Positions 1-11,422 of a stretch of 64,000 nucleotides of DNA are shown piece by piece. Origin of the DNA: Azolla caroliniana (lineage: Eukaryota > Plantae > Polypodiophyta); NCBI GenBank assembly GCA_043228905.1, contig JBHGNT010000029.1, forward strand, positions 1 to 64,000, given 5' to 3'. The number at the start of each line of letters is the position of its first letter. Positions within the stretch are counted from its first letter, which is position 1. The position numbers and the translations under genes were made by a program. Below the pieces are notes generated by a model. That model was not told where the DNA came from and did not search any database. It saw nothing but the letters and a program-made list of their open reading frames with translations.

Positions 1-609
1 AGCCCATTCTCGCCGTTTGTCGAAACGGCCACAGACTCTCTTAACTGCAGCCCAGTCGGTTGTCAGCCCGTCTTCAGTTTCCAGCAGGGAGCCGACTTGA
101 TCCCGGTCCCGCTCGTCCACCGACTTGACGAACAGTAGGACCCGGCTCGTATCCAGAATGGTTCGGTCAAGCGCCGAAAGGGGCGCAAAGCGTTCTTCGA
201 ACTCCCGGAGGAGTGCCGACGCGTTTCTTCCTTTGCCGGGGGACTCCACCCATTCCATGAAGTCCCTTTTCGAAAGCCGGAGCGCGTCGTCCAGCCCATA
301 TTTCTCTAGGAGTCGGCCTTCGAACTCCTCCCAGGTACGGCTCTCCGCCCGTACCTCGAGCACCTCCGCATGGATGCTCGGCATCGCCACTCGAGGGAAC
401 CCGGCAAGACGCCTCTCTTCCGGAATGTCCCGCATCAGCATTTCCGCCCCGTAGGACGCCAAATACTTCGTAGCATCCTTTCCGCTGAAACGGCTGATCG
501 TACCGATGACCGCCTCAATGGCTCTGTCGAGGGCACCAGTGCCCTCGCGTGTGCTCAATATCCGATCCACGGCCGAAGCCATGGCCTCTGCAAGATCCGA
601 CCCCCTCAT
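1..609 (-). CDS. Retrotransposon Gag-like ORF, 3'-partial (runs off the window)
   Basis: Own translation from ATG at 609: MRGSDLAEAMASAVDRILSTREG…ISRFSGKDATKYLASYGAEMLMRDIP…TWEEFEGRLLEKYG…RREWA, with no stop to base 1. F.G.D…YL and TWEEF…L..KY are Gypsy capsid-type motifs. Confidence 0.7.
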   Translation of the reverse strand, partial: MRGSDLAEAMASAVDRILSTREGTGALDRAIEAVIGTISRFSGKDATKYLASYGAEMLMRDIPEERRLAGFPRVAMPSIHAEVLEVRAESRTWEEFEGRLLEKYGLDDALRLSKRDFMEWVESPGKGRNASALLREFEERFAPLSALDRTILDTSRVLLFVKSVDERDRDQVGSLLETEDGLTTDWAAVKRVCGRFDKRREWA

Positions 610-713
610 CTTCTGCTCTTCTGCCGCCTCTTTCACGTCGGGTTCACCAAATATGTCGAGGTATTCCTCGCGGATGCGTGGAGTGAGGCGGGACCTCGGG
701 GGTCCTGTACCGA

Positions 714-718
<5 letters not shown>

Positions 719-750
<32 letters not shown>
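719..750 (+). repeat. (GA)n microsatellite in the retroelement leader
   Basis: About 16 GA units read directly. Confidence 0.95.
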
Positions 751-752
<2 letters not shown>

Positions 753-1307
753 CACTACGTGCGAGCGTAGATTCACAGGGACACGGCCCTTCGACGCAAA
801 GACGTGAGTGGGACAGCGACACAGAAAGACACGAAAGTATGTATGTATTGACAAGACAAACAACAAGAACACGAAGACAACAAAACACGAAGTCGGTTAC
901 AACCGAACAGGCCGGCGAACAGATGCCGATACCTGTTTGTAAACGCACAGAGGGGAATGAGTAGGTTGGAGGTGCTGCCGGAAGCACTCGGGCATTCCTC
1001 AGAGCAGCGCGGGCCTCCCGAAACCTGCGCAGAAGGAAGCTATGGCATTTGCAACCAGAAAGAGAGAGAGAGAGAAGCCTTCGCACGCAAACCGATAGCA
1101 CTTCGTCCTCGACTCTCCCCGATCCCCCTTTTGCCCCTCCTCGTCTCCCTCCTTTTATAGGCAAGGAAGGAGTCGTTTCCCCTTTACTTCCTACCTACCG
1201 AACCTACCTAGGATCTCCTATGTACAACATAAGGCGCACGTGCATGAAGAGTCGGTTCCTACGCTCCGGTACACCGATTCCGCTTGCGGACGGTTTTCTT
1301 CACGACA

Positions 1308-3184
1308 CCGTTCTGCTCCGGCGTGTATCTACAACTGAATTCGCGGCGAATTCCCATTTGTTGTAGGTAACCGTTGAATTGACCGGAAAAGTACTCTTTT
1401 CCGCCATCCGACCACAGGCACTTGATCTTTTGTCCCGTTTTGGCTTCCACGAACCCTTTGAGGTCCCGGAAACAGTTGAAGACTTCGCTCTTCCTCTCAA
1501 TGAGGTAGATCCATGTGTGCCGTGTGTGGTCGTCGATGAAGGAGACGAAATATCGGCTCCCGCCAAGACTAACGTTTAAAAGCCAGCCCCCACACATCCG
1601 AGTGTATAAGGTCGAGCTTGTTCCGGCTCCGGTTTCGCTCGTTGGGGAAAGGAAGTCGGTGTTGCTTCCTGAGCTGGCAGGCTTCACAAATTTGTGCCTT
1701 TCGGCCACTAAACTTGGGCAATCCGAACACTACCTGTTTCGATTGCAGATCTTGAAGCCGCTGGTGGTTGACGTGGCCTATCCGCTTGTGCCACAAGTCT
1801 ATGTCCGACTCGACTCGGTCTTTTGTCCCTTCGCGAACATTGCGGTGCCGCCGTCAATGGAGGCGAGGATGAACATCCTCCCGTCTCGTCGCCCTTGTGC
1901 AATCACATGGCCTTCTTCCTCAATGAAGCACCCGAGGTGTGTAAACCGAACCTCCATCCCTTGGTCGACGATCTGTCCGACCGAGACCAAGTTCTTCGTG
2001 ATTGTCGGAACGTGCAGCACGTTCTTGAGTTTCCCTTTCTGCCCGACATGGCTAAGGGGAACTTCTCCGACATTCGCGATCGGATGCGGAGTGTCGTCTC
2101 CTGTTGCGACTACTCCAGGTTGTATCGGTTTTTCAAGGCACGAGAACCACTCCTTATGGCTCGTCATGTGGTTTGACGCGCCGGAGTCTACGTACCACAC
2201 CTCGTCCGATCTCGGCGTGCTCTGTTTCATTGAGTTTGCTTCGTGTCTCGTCACGAAGACAGACCCTTCTCTGGCTCTCCCAGAGTCTTCAGCGTAGTGC
2301 GATCGCTGCCGATTTCCCTTGTCGGTATGTCTGGAGCCGTTCCCGGAACCAGTTCTCTCCGAATCGGCGCGCTTCTTCCAGCACTCACTTTCCCTGTGGC
2401 CTTTCTTGCCACAGTACCAGCACTCCGCGATGGCCTTCCCTTGCCGGTTCTCATCGCTTCGACTCCCCCTGTTTCCGGAGGGTCTAGAGTTGTTGTCTGC
2501 ATCACTTCGGTGCCTTCTTCCTTGATCACGTCGGCCGCCTCCATTGCGTGCCGACTCGCCTCGTCCGCCACGACCACGGGGCCTTTCTCCCTCCGTGTAC
2601 AACATCTTTTTGTCGGTGTGCGTGCTCGTCGACGCACCCGCGTGGTTCTCCTCTACCAGGAGCATCGACTGTAAGTCGAAAAAGCACGGCGTATTCTCCC
2701 GGGTACACACAGCCATTCGGAACGCTCCGAACTTCGACGCCAAACCTCTGAGACAGATCTGGACCATCTCGCTCTCCTCGATGTTCACCTCTATGGAGGC
2801 GAGGGAGTCGCAGATATCCTTGATCTTCGAGGTATAGTCCGCCACCGACAAGTCGCGTTGTCGTAGGTTGCTCAACTCCTGTCGGAGCTGAAGCTTCCTA
2901 GCTGTGGTGCTCACGGCGAAAATCTTCTTTAGATTTTCCCACGCACCCTTCGGCGTCTTTGCATCCCGAACATAGCTCAATAGTTGTTCGCCCACACACG
3001 ACGCGAAGCAGTATAGTACCCTGTTCGCCGATTGCTCCCACGACGGGAAGTCTCTGTGTGTCGATTCGGGTGCCGCGTCATTCGGGTGCCCGAGCATGTA
3101 CTGGTGCATCTTGTAGGACCAAGACGCGTAGTTGGTTCTGTCGAGCTTCTCTGTTGGAAGCGAGCTCGCCATGCCTCTATCCAT
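1308..3184 (-). pseudogene. Copia gag-pol (frameshifted): UBN2-type Gag, CCHC knuckle, aspartic protease, integrase
   Basis: ORF 1799-3184 has CWYCGKKGHRESEC and WYVDSGASNHMT. WHKRIGH…CEAC and DLIHSDVWG, FIDDHTRHTWIY, SDGGKEY, TPEQNG lie in shifted frames. Confidence 0.93.
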
Positions 3185-3240
3185 CGTTCTTCTTGTTCTT
3201 CTTCGTCAAGCTATGTCGGCTGCAGAGAGGTTCTCAACCC

Positions 3241-3256
3241 TCGCGCTCTGATACCA
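3241..3256 (-). promoter_or_regulatory. Primer-binding site complementary to initiator tRNA-Met
   Basis: TGGTATCAGAGC immediately inside the LTR end at 3257. Confidence 0.92.
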
Positions 3257-3645
3257 TGTAGAAAGTAGCGTGCGGAAGCAAGTATGAAGACAAAACAGAG
3301 GAAGGAAACTCAGGTTCAATGGAGAGCTTAGGCTTACACGGTATACGCGGGAGAGACAGAGAGTGAAACACAAAAAACTATATTCAACAATAATACTCAA
3401 TCTCTGTGTACATAAGACGTGCTCAGTGAGCACTTTTATACAAGTCCTAAAAGGACTGACCGAAGTACTGACAGTACTTCAATGCTCATCAAGAGCCCCT
3501 ACACTAACTCCCAAATATATTCCTCACAGAATATCAATCCTAACGATCTCCCGGTTTATGTACTCGGCCTAACCGATCAGTCCCAACCGATCCGGTCCTC
3601 GGCTTCTTCAGCCGATCCGGCCGATGTTGAGCTTGTCTCTCAACA
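3257..3645 (-). repeat. Copia 5' LTR (~389 bp)
   Basis: TG…CA termini. Shares blocks (AAGCTCAAC, ACTTGTATAAAAGTGCTCACTGAGCAC) with the other Copia LTRs in the window. Confidence 0.92.
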
Positions 3646-5684
3646 AACACTCCATCCGTAAACGGCAAGGGAAAAGCCTCGCTTACTGTCGCCGCATTGA
3701 GTTTCCGGTAATCAACGCACACCCGGATCTTACCGTTCTTTTTCGGCACAACGACTATGGGACTTAACCATGTAGTTTTTTTCACTGGTCGGATAAAACC
3801 AACCCGTAGCAACTTGTCAATTCCCTCTTTGACCTTTGCCGCATAGTTGAGGTTCATCCGGTAACGCCGTTGTGTTACCGGTTTGAAATCCTTGCTGAGG
3901 GGTATTTGGTGTTAGTACAACTGAGGATCCAGCCCTCGCATGTCTTTATATGACTAGGTGAATACATCTTGGAATTCCTTTAATAAAGTGATCATTGTCG
4001 TCTTGTTGTCCGATGACATTTCCTTAGAAATATGAACCGGTCTGGCGTCATCCCCGGTACCTAAGTTCACTTACTCTAACTGGGATGCTTTCACGCATTG
4101 GGATACCTCCATCTCCCTCTCTAGAGCTTTCTGGGCTTGTTGTAATTCTCTAATAGCTTCTTGATCGGATTCCTCGACGACGTCGTCCAATTGCATTCTA
4201 TATGGTGACACTGCTTCCGCCACATTGATTTCAAATAGGGGTACAATTTTTGGGTTTTCCTATAAGTATTGGTCAACCTCTTCATCCGCAAGCCCCTCGA
4301 GCATGTCGACACCTTCTGCATATAGCAGTGTCAGCTCCTTGCCGGTACTTGCTCGAGGGTGGTTAGGTACCCTTACTTTAGTCTTTTCGCGTCGGAAGGT
4401 AATCATGTTTTTTCGCCAGTTTTGTTTGATATGCGCCGTTTTTAGCCATGGGTGGCCCAGCAACAGCGGTTAAGCCCCTTGCGCATTGAGCTGCAGAACC
4501 ACCGCCAAAATGCGGAATGCGTGACCTCCGATAGTTACATCTAGATCCCGTATCAAACCGGTAGGTCTTACCGAACTTGTATTCGCCATCCGGAGCCAAA
4601 ACGGGCAAGGCTCCCATTCCTGTATTCCCGGGGTATTACAAGTCCATAGACTGATCACGTTTACACCCGATCCTCCGTCCACAATCGTCCTTGGTAGTTC
4701 TCGTCCTTTGACGATGGTGGTGATTGCCGAACTGTTCGTGTCTACCACTGCTGGCCCTTCTTCCGGATTCGAGAAGAACGTAGGAGCCAGCAACGGAATT
4801 GATGTGCTCATTCCTGATTTCAGTCCTTCCGTAAACCGGGGCACTAGTTGTAATAACCGACCCAATGGCAGCGTAATCTGACATTCTTATAACGCTTGCC
4901 ATGTTGGGTTTTCCGATTGAATCGTGTCGATGGCCCCTTCCGGTTTCTCCTTTTGTTGTTCAAGCTCAGCCACATTTTGCTCATTTGCCTTCTTCACCCA
5001 CTCGGTGGCTTGCTTTCAGATTGCCTCTTGTGTTTCCCACTCCGTTTTGCCTTTTGCCCTGGTGGTGACTTGTTGTATGTCGGCGACTTCTACTACCACC
5101 ATATTTATGGCTAGTCTTTTCTCGTAGCTTTTAACCGGACATTCATTATTGTATTGTCCTTCTTGCCGGCAATAGTAGCAGTACGCTTTCCGGGTGTTGC
5201 TAGATTCGGCGTTCGCTCCGATACCCGGTTGAGGTTCTATTGGTGGTCGGTTGGGTGCTTGGCCTTGGTCTGGTTCGGTACTTGGCGTGCCCTTGTTCGG
5301 CTGCCAATGGCGGTCCTCCTTTCTAGCGTTCCATTTTTTGTTGAAGCATTTTTTGTTCCGGTAATCTTGTCGGGGTTGGTTGTCATAATTACCTTGATCC
5401 TCCCTCCGTTGGTTGTAACCTGGGGAGTGATCCCGGTTATATCGCTCATATCGTTTACCGTTGTAATCCCGGTAGCTATCCTACTAGTCTCGATCGGGAG
5501 CGTCCTTTTTGTCATTGTTCTGGATATCTTGCACTGGTCGATAATGCTCATCTCGCCGCCGGTGTTCTTCTTCCTCCTCCCAGTTTCTCCGGGGTTCGAT
5601 TTGCCTTACCGGTGCCGCTTGCCAGTTCAATAAGTTATATTCGCGTCGGTCCATTGTGTGCGTCCTGGAATGGCATAACATGCA

Positions 5685-6611
5685 CTATGTCCGCATGGTA
5701 CATTCTATTGTCGAGTGCCCGGCATTAAGACAAGTCGTACATTGTATCGCTTGCCGAAAACGTAAGTCGTCCTCTGTCGGTAATGTACGCTTGAGTGCCC
5801 CCATTGTTATCCACGAGCTTGTTTTCTCCATCTCCCTGACCCTTTCTATGACTTGGTCGATCGTGCTGCTGCGGAAATCAATCACTGCGCACACCGTACG
5901 CAGGAGTTCCCGGAGTGCTGCTAGGAATATTGTTTTAGCCTTTGCCTCTGGTGGTGCCCGATTGTGCTGACTATGCATTCGCTGGAATCGGATTACGAAT
6001 TGCTGAATGGTTTCCGTAGGTTCCTGCCGTATGGTGTAGAATAGGCCGACCATCTCCCGTTGATCTACCTCCTTGTTGAAGAACTGTAAAATTTTGGTTT
6101 TTAAGTCTTCAAACGTCGTGATGGTGCTGGGAGTGTGCGTTAAGTGCCATCGTGATGCTGGTCCTTCCAAGGTCATGCCGAACTCTGCCATCTTCGAGCA
6201 TTCTGCTTCGGCGGCGGTCAAGCATTGCGACACGTGGTTTGCTTCCCATGTTTGCAGAAATGCATAGATATGAGGTTCTGCGTCGGGATCATCCCGGTAC
6301 TTGGGATATTGGAATGACATGTCGTTGTCTGGTGTCGGAGGTCTCCCCTCCGCTTCTTTCAGTGTTAGAGGTCTTTCCTCCTCTTCTTTCGGTGTCTTAA
6401 GTGGCGGTGTTAGAAGTTGGTCCGCCACTTGCCAGTCTGGAGCTTCCAGTTCCGTTAACTCTGGATTTGGTGTTGGCAAGGTATACGACTGCTCGTCCGT
6501 TGGTCCGTCTGGGGTATCATGGCTGCTATGGTAATTTGAATGGGCGCTACATTCGGTGTCTGAATCCGATTCGAAGGCCGAGAATGGTTCCGAATCGCCT
6601 TCCCCTGTCAC
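5685..6611 (-). pseudogene. Gypsy Gag with CCHC zinc knuckle
   Basis: Retrotrans_gag-like region (TLEGPASRW…TFEDLK…F…QEPTETIQQFVIRF) and CTTCLNAGHSTIEC; premature stop at 5685. Confidence 0.85.
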
Positions 6612-6900
6612 TAGTTCCTACAGAATGGATTCCGCGTCCCGGAGACTGCTCAAGCTGCTTCCTTCGTCTGGTTGGGAATTCTGCTGCTCGTGGAGTGACT
6701 CTGCGGCCACTCACCGGATTACTTTTGAAAATGACCAATCCGCACGGATCTCTTCTGCCGCCTGTTGGGAAGTCTCTCACTTTCGCAATCCTTCGGCAAG
6801 TCTTTTTTCTCACTCCGTAACCGGGTCATTTGTTGGTCTAGTCATCCATGCCCGCCGCTGTTCGCTGCGTTTGTGCAGGAATCGTGGTCACCAAAAACTG

Positions 6901-7365
6901 TGTTATCGCTAGGGCCGGACAATGGCCTAAAAACAAGGTGTCCCCTTGAGGCACTTCACGGCACTTCACCAAAGGGTGTTGCGGTGAGATAGAGTTAGAC
7001 CGACTATTAATAGAACCCTAATTGGTTAGTAGCGGCAATATCATTAGTCACAATACACGCGTAGGATAAATTACACTTAGCACAGAACGGTAATTAACAA
7101 TGATTAAGATACAGAACAACAACACTCTATTAATTATCCGCTAATGATTACAATCTAATTGGGCCCTTTTTATAGGTCTCCGGTTTTAGGTACAAACCGG
7201 TTCCAACCAGCAACCGGCTACGAACCGGTCGGGATCCGGATCGGCATACCGATTTCGTGTCTGTCCGTTCGCTTCTCAATTCATAATAATTCTATATAAT
7301 CAGCTCCCGGTTATTAATTATCCCCTCGTTTCCCATTCTGGACTACCCTTGTCGGTCGGCTAACA
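6901..7365 (-). repeat. Gypsy 5' LTR (~465 bp)
   Basis: 5-bp terminal inverted repeat TGTTA/TAACA; CCTATAAAAA on the minus strand at ~7176-7167. Confidence 0.85.
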
Positions 7366-8619
7366 AGTTGGCTGAAACGGCTATTACGGGATCTCCATGT
7401 AAAGGTGTCTGATCCGACGACGATCTATTGTGACAACCTCAACAGTATCCACCTTGCGAAAAACCCCGTGTTCCACGCCCAGACGAAGCACATTGAGGTG
7501 CGCTACCATTTTGTCCGCGAGCAAGTCCTTTGAGGTGAAGTCGAACTAGCGTATGTTCCGACGGATCGGTAGGTTGCCGACATCTTCACCAAGCCTCTTG
7601 GTCTTGACAAGTTACGACATTTCTCAGGTGAGCTAGGGTTGCGTCACCTCGACATGCTGAACTTGAGGGGGAGAAAGGAAGAACATGAACAAGAGCGTGA
7701 AAGGAGCGGAGGTGGTGATCGGGGCGGAAGTGACAGTGACGCAGAATCGGATGAAGAATTCAATTTTGGGGTGGCTGAAGAAGCCGAAGAAAAGAGCAAG
7801 GGCAATAACCATTGGGAAGAGCCAAGGATAGCCAAATTAGGGGGAGATACAGCTAAGAAGGGTGTAAAGGCCAAGAAGTGTGGTCCGATGTAGGCCTAAA
7901 GATAGGAGACGAATTGGAGACAACCAATTCAGATGAGAGCGGAATTGAATCAGAAGTGTTCGATTCGATCAGAATGTTCGATTCGGATACGCCAAATCAA
8001 CTAAAGGCCATGCGGAAAAAAGGGCAGTGAAGGACACGCCGACACCGCGACAACAAGGGAGCTAAGAAAGGTTGAACGAGCAGACAAGTCGACCGGAGGG
8101 TCGTAGCGTGCGAAATCGAACGGGTCAAGGAGCGCGAGCGAGGCGTGAAGCCAGAAGGAACCGGAGCATAGATCCGGAAGAGCATACGGAACCTCAAGTT
8201 GAGCTTGAGGGGGAGTGTTGAGTGACAAACTTAACATTGGGTGCGTAATACGGTGCGTAACTCAATCCGTAGATTGGGTGCGTAAAACAGTACACATAAC
8301 GTGGTCGTATCGGTGCATAAACCGAAAGGCCGTTAGTTATTCCTCGTAAGGAATAATTTTGGGAGTTATTGTAGTAGGCTCATTTATGAGCAGTCAAGTA
8401 CTATCAGTACTTGTGTCAGCCTGATAGTCAGCGCTTGTATAAAAGGTGCTCACTCAGCATGAACAATGTACAGAGCGTCATTATTTTGAAATAGAACTGA
8501 GTTGTCTGCTCTCTCTCTGTCTCTCCATCTCCATCTCCATGTCTGTGTTTTCTGAGTTTACCGAACTGTTTTATTTCTGAACTGTGTACTCTGTGTTTAC
8601 GCACACGTTTTCTTTTACA
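7366..8619 (+). mobile_element. Copia element A2, 3' part (RNase H, 3' extension, PPT, 3' LTR 8216-8619)
   Basis: WLKRLLRDL…TIYCDN…NPVFHAQTKHIEVRYHFVRE…ADIFTKPL; PPT GAGCTTGAGGGGGAG followed by TGTTGAG…TTTTACA. Confidence 0.92.
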
Positions 8620-10493
8620 AGTTGCAACACTTCTCAAATATGCTTGGTATCCAACACCTCGATATGCCGCACTTGAGGGGGAGAGCATCTGATAAGCCAG
8701 AGAAAGAATTGAGATAACCAACCGAAGGAGATGCAAAATCAATTGAAGACGTTGAAATGTCCGGAAAAGCCGGAATAGGCGGTAGAGTCAAGAAGGACAG
8801 AGCCAACCAAAGGAAAAAGCCCAAGACCAAGACATGGTCGGATTTAGTCAAGGGCCTAAAGAAGGATGATGAATTGGAGACAACCAATTTGGACAAGAGC
8901 GGGAACGAATCAGAGACAACAGAGGGTTGATTCGGATGAGTCGAATTTCATGAAGACCAAGGTTGTTAGGTACATTAGGTACGGTATGGATACAATATGT
9001 ATTTAACGTATTAATACCCGTATAGTACCTCCCAATTTAAAAATACGTTAAATACGTTTTCTTAATATGTTAAATACTTATAAAATACGTATTTTACGTA
9101 TAGTACGTTAAATACTTCTAGAATTTGAAAATTATTTACCTTTCTAAAAAATATCTATAATATTGTAAAAAAACATCTATGTTTACACAATTTTGTGATG
9201 TACAATATAGTTCTACATCCTAAAATGCATATAAGACATTTGAACATTTCACATTCTAAAATACTTGTAGTAATATGGATGTCGATATTCCCTTATTCTA
9301 TAAATCAGTGTAAGTGTGTATCACGATGTTCTACTTCAAATTGTAATTATTTACAATTATGCCTTCATAGATTGAGGAATCGTCTACAATTATCACACTC
9401 ATGATAGGTTTCTCTTTTCTTCGTTTTCTTCTTCTTCTTCTTCTATCTATTGCAATTATCACACTTAGGATAGGTTTATGTCTTCTTTTCTCCCTTCTTC
9501 CTCTTCTTCTTCATCTTCTTCATCTTCTTCATCGTTGTCTCTTCTATTCTTCTTTCTTCCTTCCTTTGGCTTCTTTTTCACTAAAATCTTTTTTTTCTTT
9601 TGCTTTTTGTTAGGGTTTTACTGACATTTTCTTTATAAATACGTATTATACCTGTTTTTTTTATAAATACGTTAAATACCGTATTGGACAAATGTACATG
9701 ATATTTGACTGAACAACATTGAGGTATAGTATGTACTATACAAATGATGAGGTACTATACGTATTTAAACGTTAAATACGGGTACAAAAACCACCATGAT
9801 GAAGACCAAATGGACTGGGAGGCAACCAAAGCTGACACAGAAACGAAGGAGTAGACGGGTCGAGGGGCGCCAATGACATGACAATGAGGGAGCTGAGAAG
9901 GGCTTGATGAGTAGACAAGATGATCGAGGAGGTCGATGTGCGTAGGACCAGACGGGTCGAGCAAGCATGAAGACGCCGGGGGGAGCTGGAGACAAGGATC
10001 GGCTAATGATGATACGACAAACCGACCTCAAGTTGAGCTTGAGGGGGAGTGTTGAGCGAGCAAGCTCAACGTGGGCTGAATCGGCTAAACAAGCCAAGAG
10101 TCGGATTGGGTGAAGACTGATCGGCCCGGATCAAATCGGGAGCCAGATTGGGAACTGGATCCATGAGGAGCCGGTAGGCCATTAGAGGGTACAATCCCAC
10201 TCTAGTAAATAGGAATATTTTTGGGACTTAGTGGCAGTAGCTTAGTTATGAGCATTGAAGTACTTGTCAGTACTTTTGACCGTCCTTTATGGACTTGTAT
10301 AAAAGTGCTTACTGAGCACATTTGCATGTATAGAGTGTTATTTTGAAATCGAGTTTTTCTATGTTTTGCCCGCTCTGTCTCTCCTAAGTACTCTGTATTC
10401 TCTATGTGTTCTCCATTGATGCTCTGAGTTTTCTATTGTTGTCCAGCTGAGCCGGTTGTGTTTGTTTTTAGCTTCGACGTGTTAATCTTCACA
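8620..10493 (+). mobile_element. Copia element A3, 3' part (RNase H end, 3' extension, PPT, 3' LTR 10050-10493), interrupted by a hAT-like insertion
   Basis: KLQHFSNMLGIQHLDMPHLRG at 8620-8682; PPT ~10035-10049; LTR TGTTGAGCGAGCAAGCTCAAC…CTTCACA. Confidence 0.9.
8958..9798. mobile_element. Non-autonomous hAT-like DNA transposon (MITE-like, 841 bp)
   Basis: 8-bp direct repeat ATGAAGAC at 8950-8957 and 9799-9806. Imperfect TIR CAAGGTTGTT / CATGGTGGTT. AT-rich, with clustered AATACG/CGTATT subterminal motifs at both ends and a (CTT)n-rich tract at ~9425-9560. Confidence 0.78.
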
Positions 10494-11422
10494 AAGGAAA
10501 AAGAGAACCCACCAAGAAAGATTTAAAGTGCATGTGCATGCCCTAAGTTCAAGAAAGTAAGTACAGGATAATTCTCGACGAGTGGCATTAACACCACCTG
10601 ATGGCCATGAGGATTCTGAATCTAGGGCACATGAACACGTATCGGGAAACGTAATATCTACAAAAAATGCTTCCGTAGTGTCACAAATTCATTTTGCGTG
10701 AAGAACAAACCATAGAAGCATAGACTTTCCAAGCTCTCCACCAGAACTCTTCACCCTCTCGCTCTCTGCACATAAGCACTCCGCCTCCACAACCCCCCAG
10801 TACAGACGAAGTAATCACCATGCCTATCAGAGTTTCTTTTGAGCGCCGCACCTAGCTGAAAAGACACGACCTTAGTGGCTATCTCAAAGTGGTGGATGTG
10901 TCTCCCCATTCTGAAGCGTAGGATATTGGCCCGCAGATCCATGTTGAAAACCTCACCAATGACTATGTTTAGGTAACTCTTGGGCTGAAAAATGGAGGCT
11001 ATCACAACATGGAGGTCCCACCTCCAAAAGTCTTGAAATCCTATTTCGGGGAATACTCCTCCTCAGCTAAAGCCTATTGTATGTAGGGAGAACCAGACGA
11101 GTTCCACCCGACTACCTACACTATGTCAAAGAAGAAGGCTAACTTCATCATCACGAATCGATTGGGGTTCCGTGACAAGAGAAGCACTCAACATAGAAAT
11201 CTCTGAGCGGGTAAGAAACTGTTCCCCGCAGTGGCTCAATATCTCTCCATGCTCTACCCACCACACCATGCCCTCTCCCCTAGGAAACTTCCTGCCCTAC
11301 TTGCACTGCCCACTCACACCAAATGACAATAGGCCCTGCAATTTACATAAGAAGAATGGCATGACCCGATCCATGTGGCAACCCAAGGAGCATAGACTCT
11401 GTTTCCACACGCCCTTATGCCA

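Larger units (their letters stand above)
1..1307 (-). mobile_element. Ty3/Gypsy-like LTR retrotransposon, 5' part (LTR/leader + gag start), inserted into the integrase of the adjacent Copia; continues left of the window
   Basis: The minus strand begins TGTCGTGAAG at 1307, exactly where Copia integrase homology (…EQNG) stops. CCTATAAAA at ~1161-1153, a CT-rich leader, then a gag-like frame. The inner LTR boundary (~934-938) and the PBS are not securely identified. Confidence 0.7.
1308..3645 (-). mobile_element. Ty1/Copia element A1, 5' half (5' LTR, PBS, gag, protease, GAG-pre-integrase, integrase N-part)
   Basis: LTR 3645-3257 (TGTTGAG…TACA), PBS TGGTATCAGAGCGCGA, and gag-PR-IN domain order. 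Confidence 0.95.
3646..7365 (-). mobile_element. Non-chromovirus-type Ty3/Gypsy element, 5' half (LTR, PBS, gag, protease, RT start), degenerate
   Basis: LTR 7365-6901 (TGTTA…TAACA), then TGGTGACCACG PBS-like sequence at ~6893-6883. Gag 5685-6611, protease IVDGGSGVNVI (4470-4865), LLGHPWLK, and RT WLSPIVVVPKKNGKIRVCVDYRKLN…FPLP cut by Copia A1 at 3645/3646. Confidence 0.92.

Noticed and set aside
5154-5633. Hydrophobic 159-aa plus-strand ORF resembling a membrane or env protein
   Set aside because: It is the antisense reading of the low-complexity Gag linker.
7366-8624. AGTTG following both the Gypsy LTR (7366) and the Copia LTR (8620) as a TSD
   Set aside because: Both are right-hand flanks of different elements and both are part of host RNase H coding sequence. 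The segment between them lacks a 5' LTR, so this is probably coincidence.
9401-9613. Leucine-rich signal-peptide-like ORF
   Set aside because: It is the translation of a (CTT)n tract inside the hAT-like element.
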